A stretch of 64,000 bases of DNA from Squalus acanthias (GCA_030390025.1 CM059431.1:153700001-153764000), one strand, 5' to 3'; positions 54,201-64,000 are shown, counted from the stretch's first letter. Numbers and translations: made by a program. The notes: generated by a model from the letters alone, not told the origin.

Positions 54201-57200
54201 GATGAAGCGGATGAGTTGTAGGATGGCTTCTGGAGATTGGCTGTTGTTGGTGTTGAGCACTGAGGCTGTCGCAGCGATGACGTCATCGTGGGGGATACTG
54301 GTGTAGAGTGCCGATACGTCCATCGTGGCAAGGAGTGTTCCTGGTTCAACTGGTCCGTGGGTGCTGAGTTTTTGTAAGAAGTCTGTAGTGGCGCGGCAGA
54401 AGCTGGGGGTTCCCTGTACGATGGGTTTCAGAATGCCCTCGACGTATCCAGAGAGGTTCTCACACAGGGTTCCGTTGCCTGATACGATAGGACGTCCGGG
54501 TGTGTTGGCTTTGTGTATCTTTGGGAGGCAGTAGAAGTCTCCCACGCGGGCAGTACGTGGCATGAGAGCGCGTAGGATGTTTTGAAGGTCTGGATCGAAG
54601 GTCTTGATCAGTCTATTGAGTTGGCGGGTGTGTTCTTTGGTCGGATCTGCGGGTAGCTGTCTGTAGTGTTCCTGGTTGTCCAGTTGTCGGTATGCTTCTT
54701 TGCAATAGTCCATTCTGTTCTGTATGACGATGGCTCCTCCTTTATCCACTGGTTTGATGTCGATGTTGCGGTTGGTCTTGAGAGCGTGAATGGCATTGCG
54801 TTGTGCTCGGGTGACATTCTGGACTGTCTTGTGAGTGCGGCTGATGAATCTGGCGTCGATACATCTCCTGACAGCTTGAGCATACATGTCAAGCTTGGGG
54901 CAGCGACCCTCCGGAGTGGTCCATTTTGACTCTTATTTCTTCGGTTGCTGCACTGCGAGTCCCTCTGTCTGCTGTTCTGGATCATTGATTGTCTGATTGG
55001 GTTTGTTGCTGACATCTTGTGATTTGTGGAAGTATTCCCGCAGCCTCATTCTCCTGATGAATTCCACCGTGTCCGCCGCGAGACCGATGGGGTCCATTTT
55101 GGTGGTGGGGCAGAACTTGAGCCCTAGGGCGAGAACTTCGATTTCGTCTGGTTGAAGGGTATGGTCGGACAAATTGACGATGGATTCAAATAGGGAGCAT
55201 TCGTTAATAACAGATTCAGTTGCAGAATTGGATCTTCAGGAATGATATAAGGAATGATTCAAAAAGAAATCTCCAAGTTTGCGTTAACACCATCATCACA
55301 TAACTCTTATTGTATAAAGCGTTCGTTGTCTTACACAAAATAATGTAAAAGTGATAGAAGAAGAGTTATACAGACAAATTGGAGATAATGCAGCAATAAC
55401 AATAACAGTGATTGGTGACTATAAATATCCAAAGTACAAAAGTAACCTAAGTGGGGAAGGGAGGCCGTGGTGTCTGAAGCTTGTCCAGGACATTATTCAG
55501 CTAGCTACAATTTTGGACGACAAGAAAGGATTGAGCATTTCATCTATTTCTCGAAATGGGCAGGGGCTAGTCAGTGTGGTAAGGGTAGTGAAACACTACC
55601 AATAATATCGTTAGAATTCATATGAATTATGAAATGTTTCCTTACAATCAAAACAATACATATGTTAAAGGATTAAATCTAATGTCAACGAGGCTGACAT
55701 ATTAGCTCAGTTATATTGTGGCCGATATGATCAAATAATATCGTGGGTAGGCAATAGGAAGATAGACAACGATAGCAAAATACTGCGGATGCTGGAAATC
55801 CGAAATAACAACAGAAAACGCTGGAAAAACTCAGCAGGCCAGGCAGCATCCGTGGAGAGAGAAAGAGAGTTAACGTTTAAAGGTCATCGACCTGAAACGT
55901 TAACTCTCTTTCTCTCTCCACGGATGCTGCCTGGCCTGCTGAGTTTTTCCAGCGTTTTCGGAAGATAGACAATATAATTTTCCAATACAAGATACACAAA
56001 TCACACGGGAATTGTAGCATTTCAGGGCAGAGAAGAATTACTTGGGCTTGCAGAGATAATGAAATAAACAATAGATTCAAAATTGAATATCTGAGTGTAG
56101 GGCTAGTTATATTAAACAAATGTAGGAAGCCTGGGTAAGATAGTGAAAATTTAATCGATGAATGAGTGGCCGGTGACAGATTTCGAGAGAAGGACCCTAT
56201 TTCTTATACACTTCAAGGAGACATGGTACACAAAGTAACGAGCGATGTAGAGATGAAATGGGAATGGTTCATCCAGAGGACGACTGATTCACTGAAATGC
56301 TGTTGGTACTTTTTCGATGAATTAACGTGAAACTTGGAATGAATGAAAAACTCATTCAAGTCAATGGACAGAATGTCAGACGCGAGTAAACTGGGCTGTC
56401 AATATGCTTCAGCGCGTTTGACCAAATTGACCAACAACATAGAAACATAGAATCTAGGAGCAGGAGTAGGCCATTCGGCCCATCGAGCCTGCTCCACCAT
56501 TCAATACGATCATGGCAGATCATTCAAATCCAGTACCCTGTCCCTGCTTTAATCCCCACAGTACACATATCCCACCCTACCCCCGTAACCCCACGTATTT
56601 AATTCCCCCTAACATATCCCATCCTATCCCCATAACCCCACATATTGAATCCCACCCTAACACTAAGGGTCAATTTATCATAGCCAAATCAACCTAACCC
56701 GCACATTTTTGGACTGTGGGTGGAAACCGGAGGACCCGGAGAAAACACACGCAGACTTGGGAGAATGTGCAAACTCCACACAGACAGTCACTCGAGGTCA
56801 GATTCGAACCCGGGTCCCTGGCGCTGTGAGGCACCAGTGCTAACCATTATGCCACCGTGTGACCCATTTTTATGGTTGTCAGCTTGTGGAATATGAGCTT
56901 TTAAAAAACTATCAGTGAGCTTTGAAAAATATTAAGTTGCTTAAATGCAAATAGTTATTGGTTTTGATCGTATCCTATATCTGTAACCGTAGCTTTGTGC
57001 TTTCATTTTGCACTTAAAACTTTTCCATCAACCAGTTGCTGGTTATAATGAGAGAAAGATCAGTTGCCCTGGGTGTCTCAAAGCTGCTCCTTTCTGTCTC
57101 TGTAAACTCTTCCAATCCTACAAACTGTCGAGTATCAGGCGCTGGCCCAATTCTTATCTCTTGTGCATTCCCCATTTCCATCGCTACACCATTGATGGCC

Positions 57201-60200
57201 TTGCCTTAAGCGGTTTAGACACTAAGCTCTGGAATTCCCTCCCAAACCACTATGAATCTCTAACTCTCTCTTCTGTAAGACTCTCTTTAAATCTACTCTG
57301 TGACCAAGCTTTGGTCACCTGTCCTAATAACTTCATCTGATGCTTGGTGTTACATTTTGTTTGATAACACTCCCTTTGCAACGCTTTGTGACGTTTTACT
57401 ACGCTAGTTTTTGTTGTTTCTACGTAATTCTCATTGCAGGCACGCCTCCTGTCTGACAAATGGCGTATCTTCCTTTTATTCGCTTATGGGATCTGGGCGT
57501 CGCTGTCAAGGACAGCATTTATTGCTCATCCCTTAATTGTTTTCTGCATTAACTCCCGATTCTGAGCGTTTTATCTATCTCCGATGGAAAGCTTGAAATC
57601 GAAAAGACGTTTCTAATCCGAGTTTGTACATTACTTCTCTATATATGATTGCAATATACATTCTTGTTAGGAAATCGGATCCCTAGCTGAATGTCACCGC
57701 AGAAGCGATGCATCGCAACTCATTTTCGATACCGTGCTGGAAAAGGGAGCTCGGGGAGAAAGAACAATGTGGAACATCTTGCTTCAACTGCAGAACACCA
57801 AACCCAAGCTGAAAATGACATTGTCAGAGATACAGAACAGATGTACAGAGGGAGAAAGTGATCTAGGAGGTTGGTGTTATCCAAATCTAATTTTCCGTTG
57901 GAATAAGAAAGTTTTATTTAAGGTGAGAATTATATTTTATTCTTTTAAGGAATATGGGCATCACTGGCAAGACCAGCATTTATTGCCCATCCCTAGTTGC
58001 ACTTGCGAAGTTGTTGGGTAACCGCTTTCCTGAAACGCTGCAGTCGATGTGGTGAAGGTAAACCCACAATGTTGTTGGAGAGGGAGTGCCATGAGTTTGA
58101 CACAGCGACAATGAAGGAAAGCGATATACTTTAAAGTTAAGATGGTGTGTGAGTTGGAGGGGAAAATGGAAGTAGTGGTGTTCCCAGGCGCCTGCTGCTC
58201 TTGTCCTTCTAGGTGGTAGATCTCGTGGAATTGGTGGGTACGTCGAAGAAGCCTTGACGAGTTCCCACAGTGACTCTTGCAGATGGAACACTCTGCAGCC
58301 ACGATGTGGCAGTGGGGAAGGGACTGGATGCTACTAATTGATTCATGCTTGTATGAGTTTTATACTTAATTGCTTAAACGAACTTTGGCACTGCCCGTTA
58401 TAAATTTCAGCTTGGACAGTGACCAATACTCCTATTCAAATTCACCCTTAGTTCCACGGCTCCGTGATGCCCACATTATCTGACCTACTTTAATTAATTA
58501 TCCCATATTGACCATTTGTGAAAAGCTCCTGCTCATCGTAAAAGCCCTCCCCCACTTTATCTCTAAAGTCGTCTTCAAAACCCCTCTTTTGCACTCATGT
58601 CACTCCTCTCCCCTTGCTGTTGTCTCCAGTGTACAAGTTCATCTGGTCCGGACTCCAGACATAGACTTCTTTCACACCGACTGGAACTCAGTTCCTATGA
58701 GCTTCCATCTCTTCACGTCTTACTTATTTTAAGCATCGACCATATGTTGCAAGGCCTGGTTCGTTCTCTTATTTCCAGCAAAACAACCTGCGTTAATTCT
58801 GAATTCCACCTCTGTAAGGCTCCACTGGCAGTGTCACCGCTAAACAACTGCTGTCGCGATAACAGTTAGTTCAGAGTATTCACTGTTTCATAGCGGGCAT
58901 TTATGTTAATCTGTTCTCTTTTATAATTTCAAAGAAAATGCAGTTACTGAAATATCACTAACGTTGGCGAGCTACACGGATTTCCAGCTGCGCACAATTA
59001 TCGTTTGCTACCGACACAGACTAGAACAGTCAATTGAAGATTTCGTGGAGGCCGTTAGTCAGTCGCTTGTAGATACAAACGTATTTACTGAAACAGATCA
59101 TAAGGTATGTTTCATATATGTTCCACTCGTATGGTGTTAAATGAGTCAAACGATTGACTGTTTAGACAGACCGTGTTCTGTGCAAACCAACTAAAATAGC
59201 GGTACTTTACGCTGCACTTTATGAACTGAAATTATTGTCCAGTGCCAGTGTAATCAACATTTGAAGTACTCTTCTGAGATATCTCTCTGTTAAATTATTT
59301 TTTCAGGAATTTTCAATGAATGTATTCATAATAAGAGAAGTTTCTCATGGACTAACATTGAGTTTTTTAATGGCAGCCTTCTTGGCACAATTATCGCCAG
59401 TTTATATACTCTTCCTTCAAAAGCTCAGAGTTGGGGCTGTTCCCTGATGATTGTACGGTGTTTAGTTCCATTCTCAAATCCTCAGAAAATAAAGCAGTCG
59501 ATGCCCATACGCAGCATGACCTAGACAACATCCATGTTTAGGCCGATAAGGGGCAGGTAACATTTATGCCGCGTCGTACCAGCTACTGACTACCTACAGA
59601 TAGAGAAAGTCTAACTCTTTGCCGCTGACATTCAATGGCTTTACCATAGGAGTTCTACCACCATGAGTGTCCCGTTGATCACCAGTAAAACCGGCTGTGA
59701 GAATTCACTGCCAAACTTCTTGAAGTTAACGTAATTCCAGCAGCCAAGCCCCTCGAAATGAGTAATTGAGTAAGACACAATGTGCAGCCTGAGCATCACG
59801 CATCCTCATTAAAGCACCAAATGGAAAACCTGTAGATAGATCAAAACTGTAATAACCACATACGTCAAATCGCATCTGAATAAGTTAACTGACACATACG
59901 AACTTAACAGTATGAATTTCCCTACGATCACGGCCGAGATTTTCCGCCCATTCTCCATCAAAACGGCCGAGAATTTCCAATTGGATTGAGCCATTGACGG
60001 CGGATTTAAACAATTTCTGCTGAACATATCCAATTCGTTTCTTCTATTCTACTTCTTGCTAAGTCCCGCCCCTACTTTGGTCCAATGCTCAGAGACATCA
60101 ACAAACCCGGCCTCTCCCGAGGCCAGATCCTCTCACCTCATGAATGCCATAATTTCCCATTTCTTAAATAAACCTAGACTAATCTATGATGTTTAACTGC

Positions 60201-62317
60201 TCCATTTCTCCAATAGCACCTAACTTATGTAACATAAATGTAATGCAACATAGTATTGTGAATAAAGCTTGTGAGTTCAATGAACGCTTTGTCTGATGGT
60301 ATGACATAATGATTTGATCAGCGTGCCTTATATAAGGGCAGGATTGGGAAATGAAGTTCCCTGTTACCAGAAGATCATGGTAACTTAAGTTGTATGCAAA
60401 AAACTGGAGCAGTCATTAATAACAGATTCATTTGCAGCATTGGAACTTCAGGACTGATATAAGGAATGTTTCAAAATAGAAATCCAGAAGTTTGGGGTAA
60501 CACAATAATAATGGAACACTTTTTGTATGAGGCGTTCGTTGTCTTACACCAAATTGTGGAAAAGGGATAGGCGAAGAGTTAGATAGACAAATTGGAGAAA
60601 ATGCAGCAATAACAGTAACGGTGATTGTTGACTTTAAATATCCTAAGAACAGAAGTAACATCAGTGGGGAGGGATGCCAGGAGTCTGAAGCTTTCCCAGG
60701 ACATTATTCAGATAGGTGCCATTTTAGGACAACAAGAAAGGATTGAGCATTTGATCCATTTCTAAAAATTGACAGCGGCTACTCAGTGAGGTAAGTCTAG
60801 TGAAACATTCACCAATTTTATCGTTAGTATTCATATGAATTAGAAAATGTTTCGTTAAAATCAAAACAATAAATATGTTTAAGGAAAATTTCTAATTTCA
60901 ACGTGGCTAACATATTAGCTCAGTTATATTGAGGCAGATATGATCAGATAATATCGTGGTGAGGCAATACAAAGATAGACAATAGAAGTTTACAATACAA
61001 GGTACACAAATCACACGTGAATGAAAGGAGTGCAGCACAAACTATAATTACTTGAGCGCGCATAGAAAATGAAATAAAGAACAGAATTTACAATTGAATG
61101 TAGGAGTGTAGGGCTAGTTATATAAAACAAACGAAGGACGTGTTGGTAATATAGTGAATATATAATAGACGAATGAGTGCCCGGTGACAGAGTTCATATA
61201 ATGATCAAATTCCGTATAAACTTCAAAGAAAATAGTTACACCAATAACAGAGCTGCTTAGAGATGAAAGGGGAATTGTTCATATAGATGACGAGGGATTA
61301 ACTGAAAACTATTAGTACTGCTTCTATGAATGAAAGTGATACTTGGAATGAGTGAAAAACTCATTGAAGTCAATTGAAAAGAAAGTCAGACGCGAGTAAA
61401 ACGGGCCGCCGATTCGCTTCAGAGCGTTTGGCCAGGTTGGCCAAAACTGGCCAACACCTTGTGACCCATTATTTATGGTTGTCAACTTGTGCAATCTGAG
61501 CTTCTAAAAACCAAGCTGTGAGCTTTCAAAACGATTATTGTCCTTAACAACGAATAATTATTGATTTGATCGGATCCCATACCTGTAATCTTAAGTTTGT
61601 GCTTTTTTTGCACTTGACCCTTTTCCATCAATCTGATGCTGGTTATAATGAGAGAAAGTCCATTCGCCGTGGGTGTCTCAAAGTTGATCTTTTCTATCAC
61701 TTTCACCTCTTCCAATCCTACAACCTGTAAGATCCAGGCGCTGGTCCAGTTCTGGCCTCTTGTGCATCCCCCATTTTCATCGCTGCACCATTCCTTCAGC
61801 AGTTTAGACACTAAGCTCTGGAATTCTCTCCAGAAACGAACATGAATCTCTAACTCTCTCTTCTCTTAGACTCTCTTTAAATCTACTCTGTGACCAAGCT
61901 TTGGTCACCTGTCCTAATATCTTCCTCTGATGCTTGGTGTTACATTTTGTTTGATAACACTTCCTTTGCAACGCTTTGGGACGTTTTACTACACTAGTTC
62001 TGGTTGTTTCTACTTAATTCTCATTGCAGGCACGCCTCCTGTCTGACTGATGGCGTTACTTCCTTTTATTCGCTTATGGGATCTGGGCGTCGCTGGCAAG
62101 GATAGCATTTATTGCTCATCCCTTAATTCTTTACTGAATTAACTCCCGATTCTGAGCGTTTCATCTCTCTCCGAAGGAAAGCTAGAAATAGAAAAGACGT
62201 GTCTTATCCGAGTTTGTACATTACTTCTCTATATATGATTGCAATATACATTCTTGTTAGGAAATCAGATCCCGAGTTGAATGTCACCGCAGAAGCGATG
62301 CTTCCCAACTCATGTAA
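21042..62317 (+). CDS. Putative spliced poly-CARD/death-fold protein (exons A1-B2-A2-B3-A3-B4-A4-B5-A5-B6-A6-B7-A7-B8), ~812 codons, six complete 123-aa repeats; start not identified
   Basis: 13 full exons of constant length (170/199 nt) with AG/GT boundaries, alternating compatible phases and no stops on manual translation, ending at TAA in B8. The helical pattern YRQRL..I..V..V...L....VLT.....I......D....I.D.V..KG......W..L matches a CARD-like fold. Confidence 0.7.
24417..24615 (+). CDS. CARD-like module exon B2: EIRSLAECHRRSDATQLIFDTVLEKGARGERTMWNILLQLQNTKSKLKISLSEIQNGSTEGESDLG
   Basis: cttgttag|GAA...GGAG|gttggt; 199 nt, open. Confidence 0.75.
25179..25348 (+). CDS. CARD-like module exon A2
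   Basis: cttcaaag|AA...AAG|gtatgt; 170 nt, open. Confidence 0.75.
28520..28718 (+). CDS. CARD-like module exon B3
   Basis: cttgttag|GAA...AAAG|gttagt; 199 nt, open; several synonymous differences from other copies (CAT, ACT, CTA, TCT). Confidence 0.75.
29784..29953 (+). CDS. CARD-like module exon A3
   Basis: cttcacag|AA...AAG|gtatgt; 170 nt, open. Confidence 0.75.
30014..33980 (-). mobile_element. CR1-clade LINE, degenerate (ORF1 zinc finger/SGNH esterase, ORF2 AP endonuclease and RT), 7-bp TSD ctgttta
   Basis: ORF fragments 33350..33979 (GDSIVRG), 32607..33095 (VTETWL), 31314..31592 (KSPGPD), 30476..31060 (FADDTK); 8-bp tail repeat (agtcatag)n; ctgttta at 30007-30013 and 33981-33987. Confidence 0.92.
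37073..37271 (+). CDS. CARD-like module exon B4
   Basis: cttcttag|GAA...GAAG|gttagt; 199 nt, open. Confidence 0.75.
38129..38298 (+). CDS. CARD-like module exon A4
   Basis: cttcacag|AA...AAG|gtatgt; 170 nt, open. Confidence 0.75.
41408..41606 (+). CDS. CARD-like module exon B5
   Basis: cttcttag|GAA...GAAG|gttagt; 199 nt, open; almost identical to B4. Confidence 0.75.
42554..47186 (-). mobile_element. Near full-length CR1/HER1-like LINE, degenerate, with 5' tandem monomers
   Basis: ORF1 fragments 46222..46560 and 45601..46276, endonuclease 44722..45339, RT 42785..44273; tail (aacataga)n at left end; host unit sequence resumes at ~47187. Confidence 0.92.
46640..47186 (-). repeat. ~73-bp tandem monomers (~7 copies) at the 5' end of the LINE
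   Basis: aa(g)tgag motif recurs at ~46671, 46744, 46816, 46889, 46963, 47036 and 47109. Confidence 0.85.
47318..47487 (+). CDS. CARD-like module exon A5
   Basis: cttcaaag|AA...AAG|gtatgt; 170 nt, open. Confidence 0.75.
49782..49980 (+). CDS. CARD-like module exon B6
   Basis: tttgttag|GAA...GAAG|gttagt; 199 nt, open. Confidence 0.75.
51058..51227 (+). CDS. CARD-like module exon A6
   Basis: cttcacag|AA...AAG|gtatgt; 170 nt, open. Confidence 0.75.
52519..55183 (-). mobile_element. Penelope-like retroelement (RT + GIY-YIG endonuclease), 5'-truncated and degenerate
   Basis: ORF 53880..54887 (LPKIHK..PGRPIVS, GTAMG, RYIDDIF), 53571..53834, and 52953..53204 (LRQRMNGH...GLN, GIY-YIG C-terminal part); pLTR-like end at ~52520-52640. 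Confidence 0.92.
55770..55959. mobile_element. 190-bp palindromic insertion (65-bp perfect inverted arms), 13-bp TSD
   Basis: Arms 55814-55878 and 55895-55959; ggaagatagacaa at 55757-55769 and 55960-55972. Confidence 0.85.
56436..56858 (-). mobile_element. tRNA-derived V-SINE (HE1-like) with CR1/HER1-type 3' tail
   Basis: Minus strand: A box ggtggcataatggtt, B box gggttcgaatc, V-domain-like gtggagtttgcacattctccc...ccggtttccacccacagtccaaa, tail matching the LINE 3' ends at 12660-12750 and 42554-42650. Confidence 0.8.
57671..57869 (+). CDS. CARD-like module exon B7: EIGSLAECHRRSDASQLIFDTVLEKGARGERTMWNILLQLQNTKPKLKMTLSEIQNRCTEGESDLG
   Basis: cttgttag|GAA...GGAG|gttggt; 199 nt, open; partly captured by ORF 57734..58021. 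Confidence 0.75.
58935..59104 (+). CDS. CARD-like module exon A7
   Basis: tttcaaag|AA...AAG|gtatgt; 170 nt, open. Confidence 0.75.
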
Positions 62318-62459
62318 GGTACCGTGCTGGAAAAGGGAGCTCGGGGAGAAAGAACAATGTGGAACATATTGCTTCAACTGCAGAACACCAAACCCAAGCT
62401 GAAAATGACATTGTCAGAGATACAGAACAGATGTGCAGATGGAAAAAGTGAGCTAGGAG
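62261..62459 (+). pseudogene. CARD-like module exon B8 with in-frame TAA at 62315-62317
   Basis: CTC ATG TAA GGT replaces CTC ATT TTC GAT of the other copies; splice sites intact. Confidence 0.7.
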
Positions 62460-63525
62460 GTTAGTAGTATCCAAATCTAATTCTCCGTTAGAAAAACAAA
62501 GTTTTATTTAAGATGTGCACTATTTTTTACTCGTTTATGTGATGTGGGCGTCGCTACCAAGGCCAGCATTTATTAACAATCCCTAGTTGTCCTTGAGAAG
62601 GTGGAGGCTTGCCGCTTTGCTGAAACGCTGCAGTCCATGTGTTGAAGGTTCTCCCACAATGCTGTTGGGGAGGCAGTGCCATGAGTTTGACAAATGTCAA
62701 TGAAGGAACGGCTGTATACTTCCAAGAGAGGATGGTGTGTGTCTTGAAAGGGAACTTGGAAGTGTTGGTGTTCCCAGGCGCCTGATACTCTTGCCCTTCT
62801 CCTTGGTAGAGGCCGCGGGTTTCGGAGGTACTGGCGAAGAAGCCTTGACGAGTTCCCGCAGTGCATTTTGTAGATGGTCCACTCTGCAGCCACTGGGTGG
62901 CAGTGGGGAAGGGTCTGGATGCTACTAATTTATAAAGGCTTGTGTGAGTTTTATACTCGATTCCTTGAACGAACTTATAAATTTCGGCTTGGACAGAGCT
63001 CCACTACTCCTATGCAAATTCACCTTTTGTTCCTCGGATCCGTAATGCCCTCATTAACTGAACTACTTTGATTCCTTAAACCACATTGATCATTTGTGAA
63101 AGGCTCCTACTCATCCTCAAATCTCTCGCCTACCTTTTCTCTGAAGTCGTCTTCACATCCCCTCATTTGCACTCCAGTCCCTCCTCTCCCTTGCTGTGCT
63201 CTCCATTGTACCAGTTCATCAGCTCCGAACTCCAGACATACAACTCATCCCCACCGAATGGAACTCAGCTCATATGAGCTTCCATCTCTGTACTTCTTGC
63301 TTATTTAAACAACGACCACACGTAGCCAGGCCTGGGTTGTTTCTCTTAACTCCAGCAGAACATTCAGCGTTAATACTGAATACAACCACCTCTGCAAGGA
63401 AACACTAACAGTGTTCACTGCTTGAAAGACTCTCGAAAGAACTTCTGTCGCGATAGCCGTTAGTTCAGAGTATTCACTTGTTCCATAACATTTCTGTTAA
63501 TCTGTTCTCATTTACACCTTCACTG

Positions 63526-63695
63526 AAAATGCAGATACTGAAATATTACAAACATTGGCGAGCTACACGGATTTCCAGCTGCGCAGAGTTATCGATTGCC
63601 ACCGTCAGAGACTAGAACAGTCAATGGAAGAGGTAGTGGAGGCCGTTAGTCAGTCGCTTGTAGATGCAAACATGCTTACTGAAACAAAACTTAAG
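63526..63695 (+). pseudogene. CARD-like module exon A8; frame open but acceptor AG mutated to TG
   Basis: cttcactg|AAAAT instead of cttcacag|AAAAT; 170 nt; donor gtatgt retained. Confidence 0.65.
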
Positions 63696-64000
63696 GTATG
63701 TTTCATTTATGTTAGAATCGTATAGTTATAAATGAGTCAAACGATTGACTGTTTATACTCATAGAATCAGAGAGTCATCGCCCAGATATTGGAGTTCAAT
63801 GATTGCCGCGGGGGTAACGATCCGCCGCGATATCGCACTCCGCGCCTACCTTTATGGTTTTGGCCCACACGAACTTCAGTTCCTGGGCCTCTCCCTGGTG
63901 CCGGCACGCAGTGTGTGCGTGTCCCAGAGGCACAGTTAATTCGATATGACCTCTGGGATCACGTGGACCAGTTAGAGCCAATGGCAGCACACCATCTTTC

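Larger units (their letters stand above)
18294..63755. repeat. Tandem array of eight ~4.3-4.6 kb AT-rich units (exon B, ~1.07 kb intron, exon A, ~3.15 kb intron), with TE insertions and deletions
   Basis: Landmarks such as ggcgagctacacggatttccagctgcgc and gtgctggaaaagggagctcggggagaaag recur in colinear order eight times. Confidence 0.95.

Noticed and set aside
56790..56858. tRNA gene
   Set aside because: tRNA-derived SINE head continuing into a V-domain and LINE tail.

Overview
Vertebrate genomic DNA, most likely a cartilaginous fish (inferred from the CR1/HER1-like LINEs, an HE1/V-SINE-like element, DeuSINE-like elements and a Penelope element). An N-gap at 17962-18293 splits the window in two. 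The left part (1-17961) is GC-rich and full of minisatellites. It holds six 3' exons of an oxysterol-binding protein gene (OSBP-like, minus strand), one of which has an in-frame TAA. The right part (18294-64000) is an AT-rich tandem array of eight ~4.3-4.6 kb units, interrupted by retroelements. Each unit carries two small plus-strand exons that the ORF track largely misses: exon B (199 nt, phase 0 to 1) and exon A (170 nt, phase 1 to 0). Exon A spliced to the next exon B encodes a 123-aa CARD-like death-fold module. From memory it resembles the N-terminal domain of cartilaginous-fish NLR proteins; no search was run. Read by hand, exons A1 to B8 splice into one open frame of about 812 codons with six complete modules plus a partial seventh. 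The only lesions are in the outermost exons (B1 frameshift, B8 stop, A8 acceptor loss). This candidate poly-CARD innate-immune gene is the main finding.
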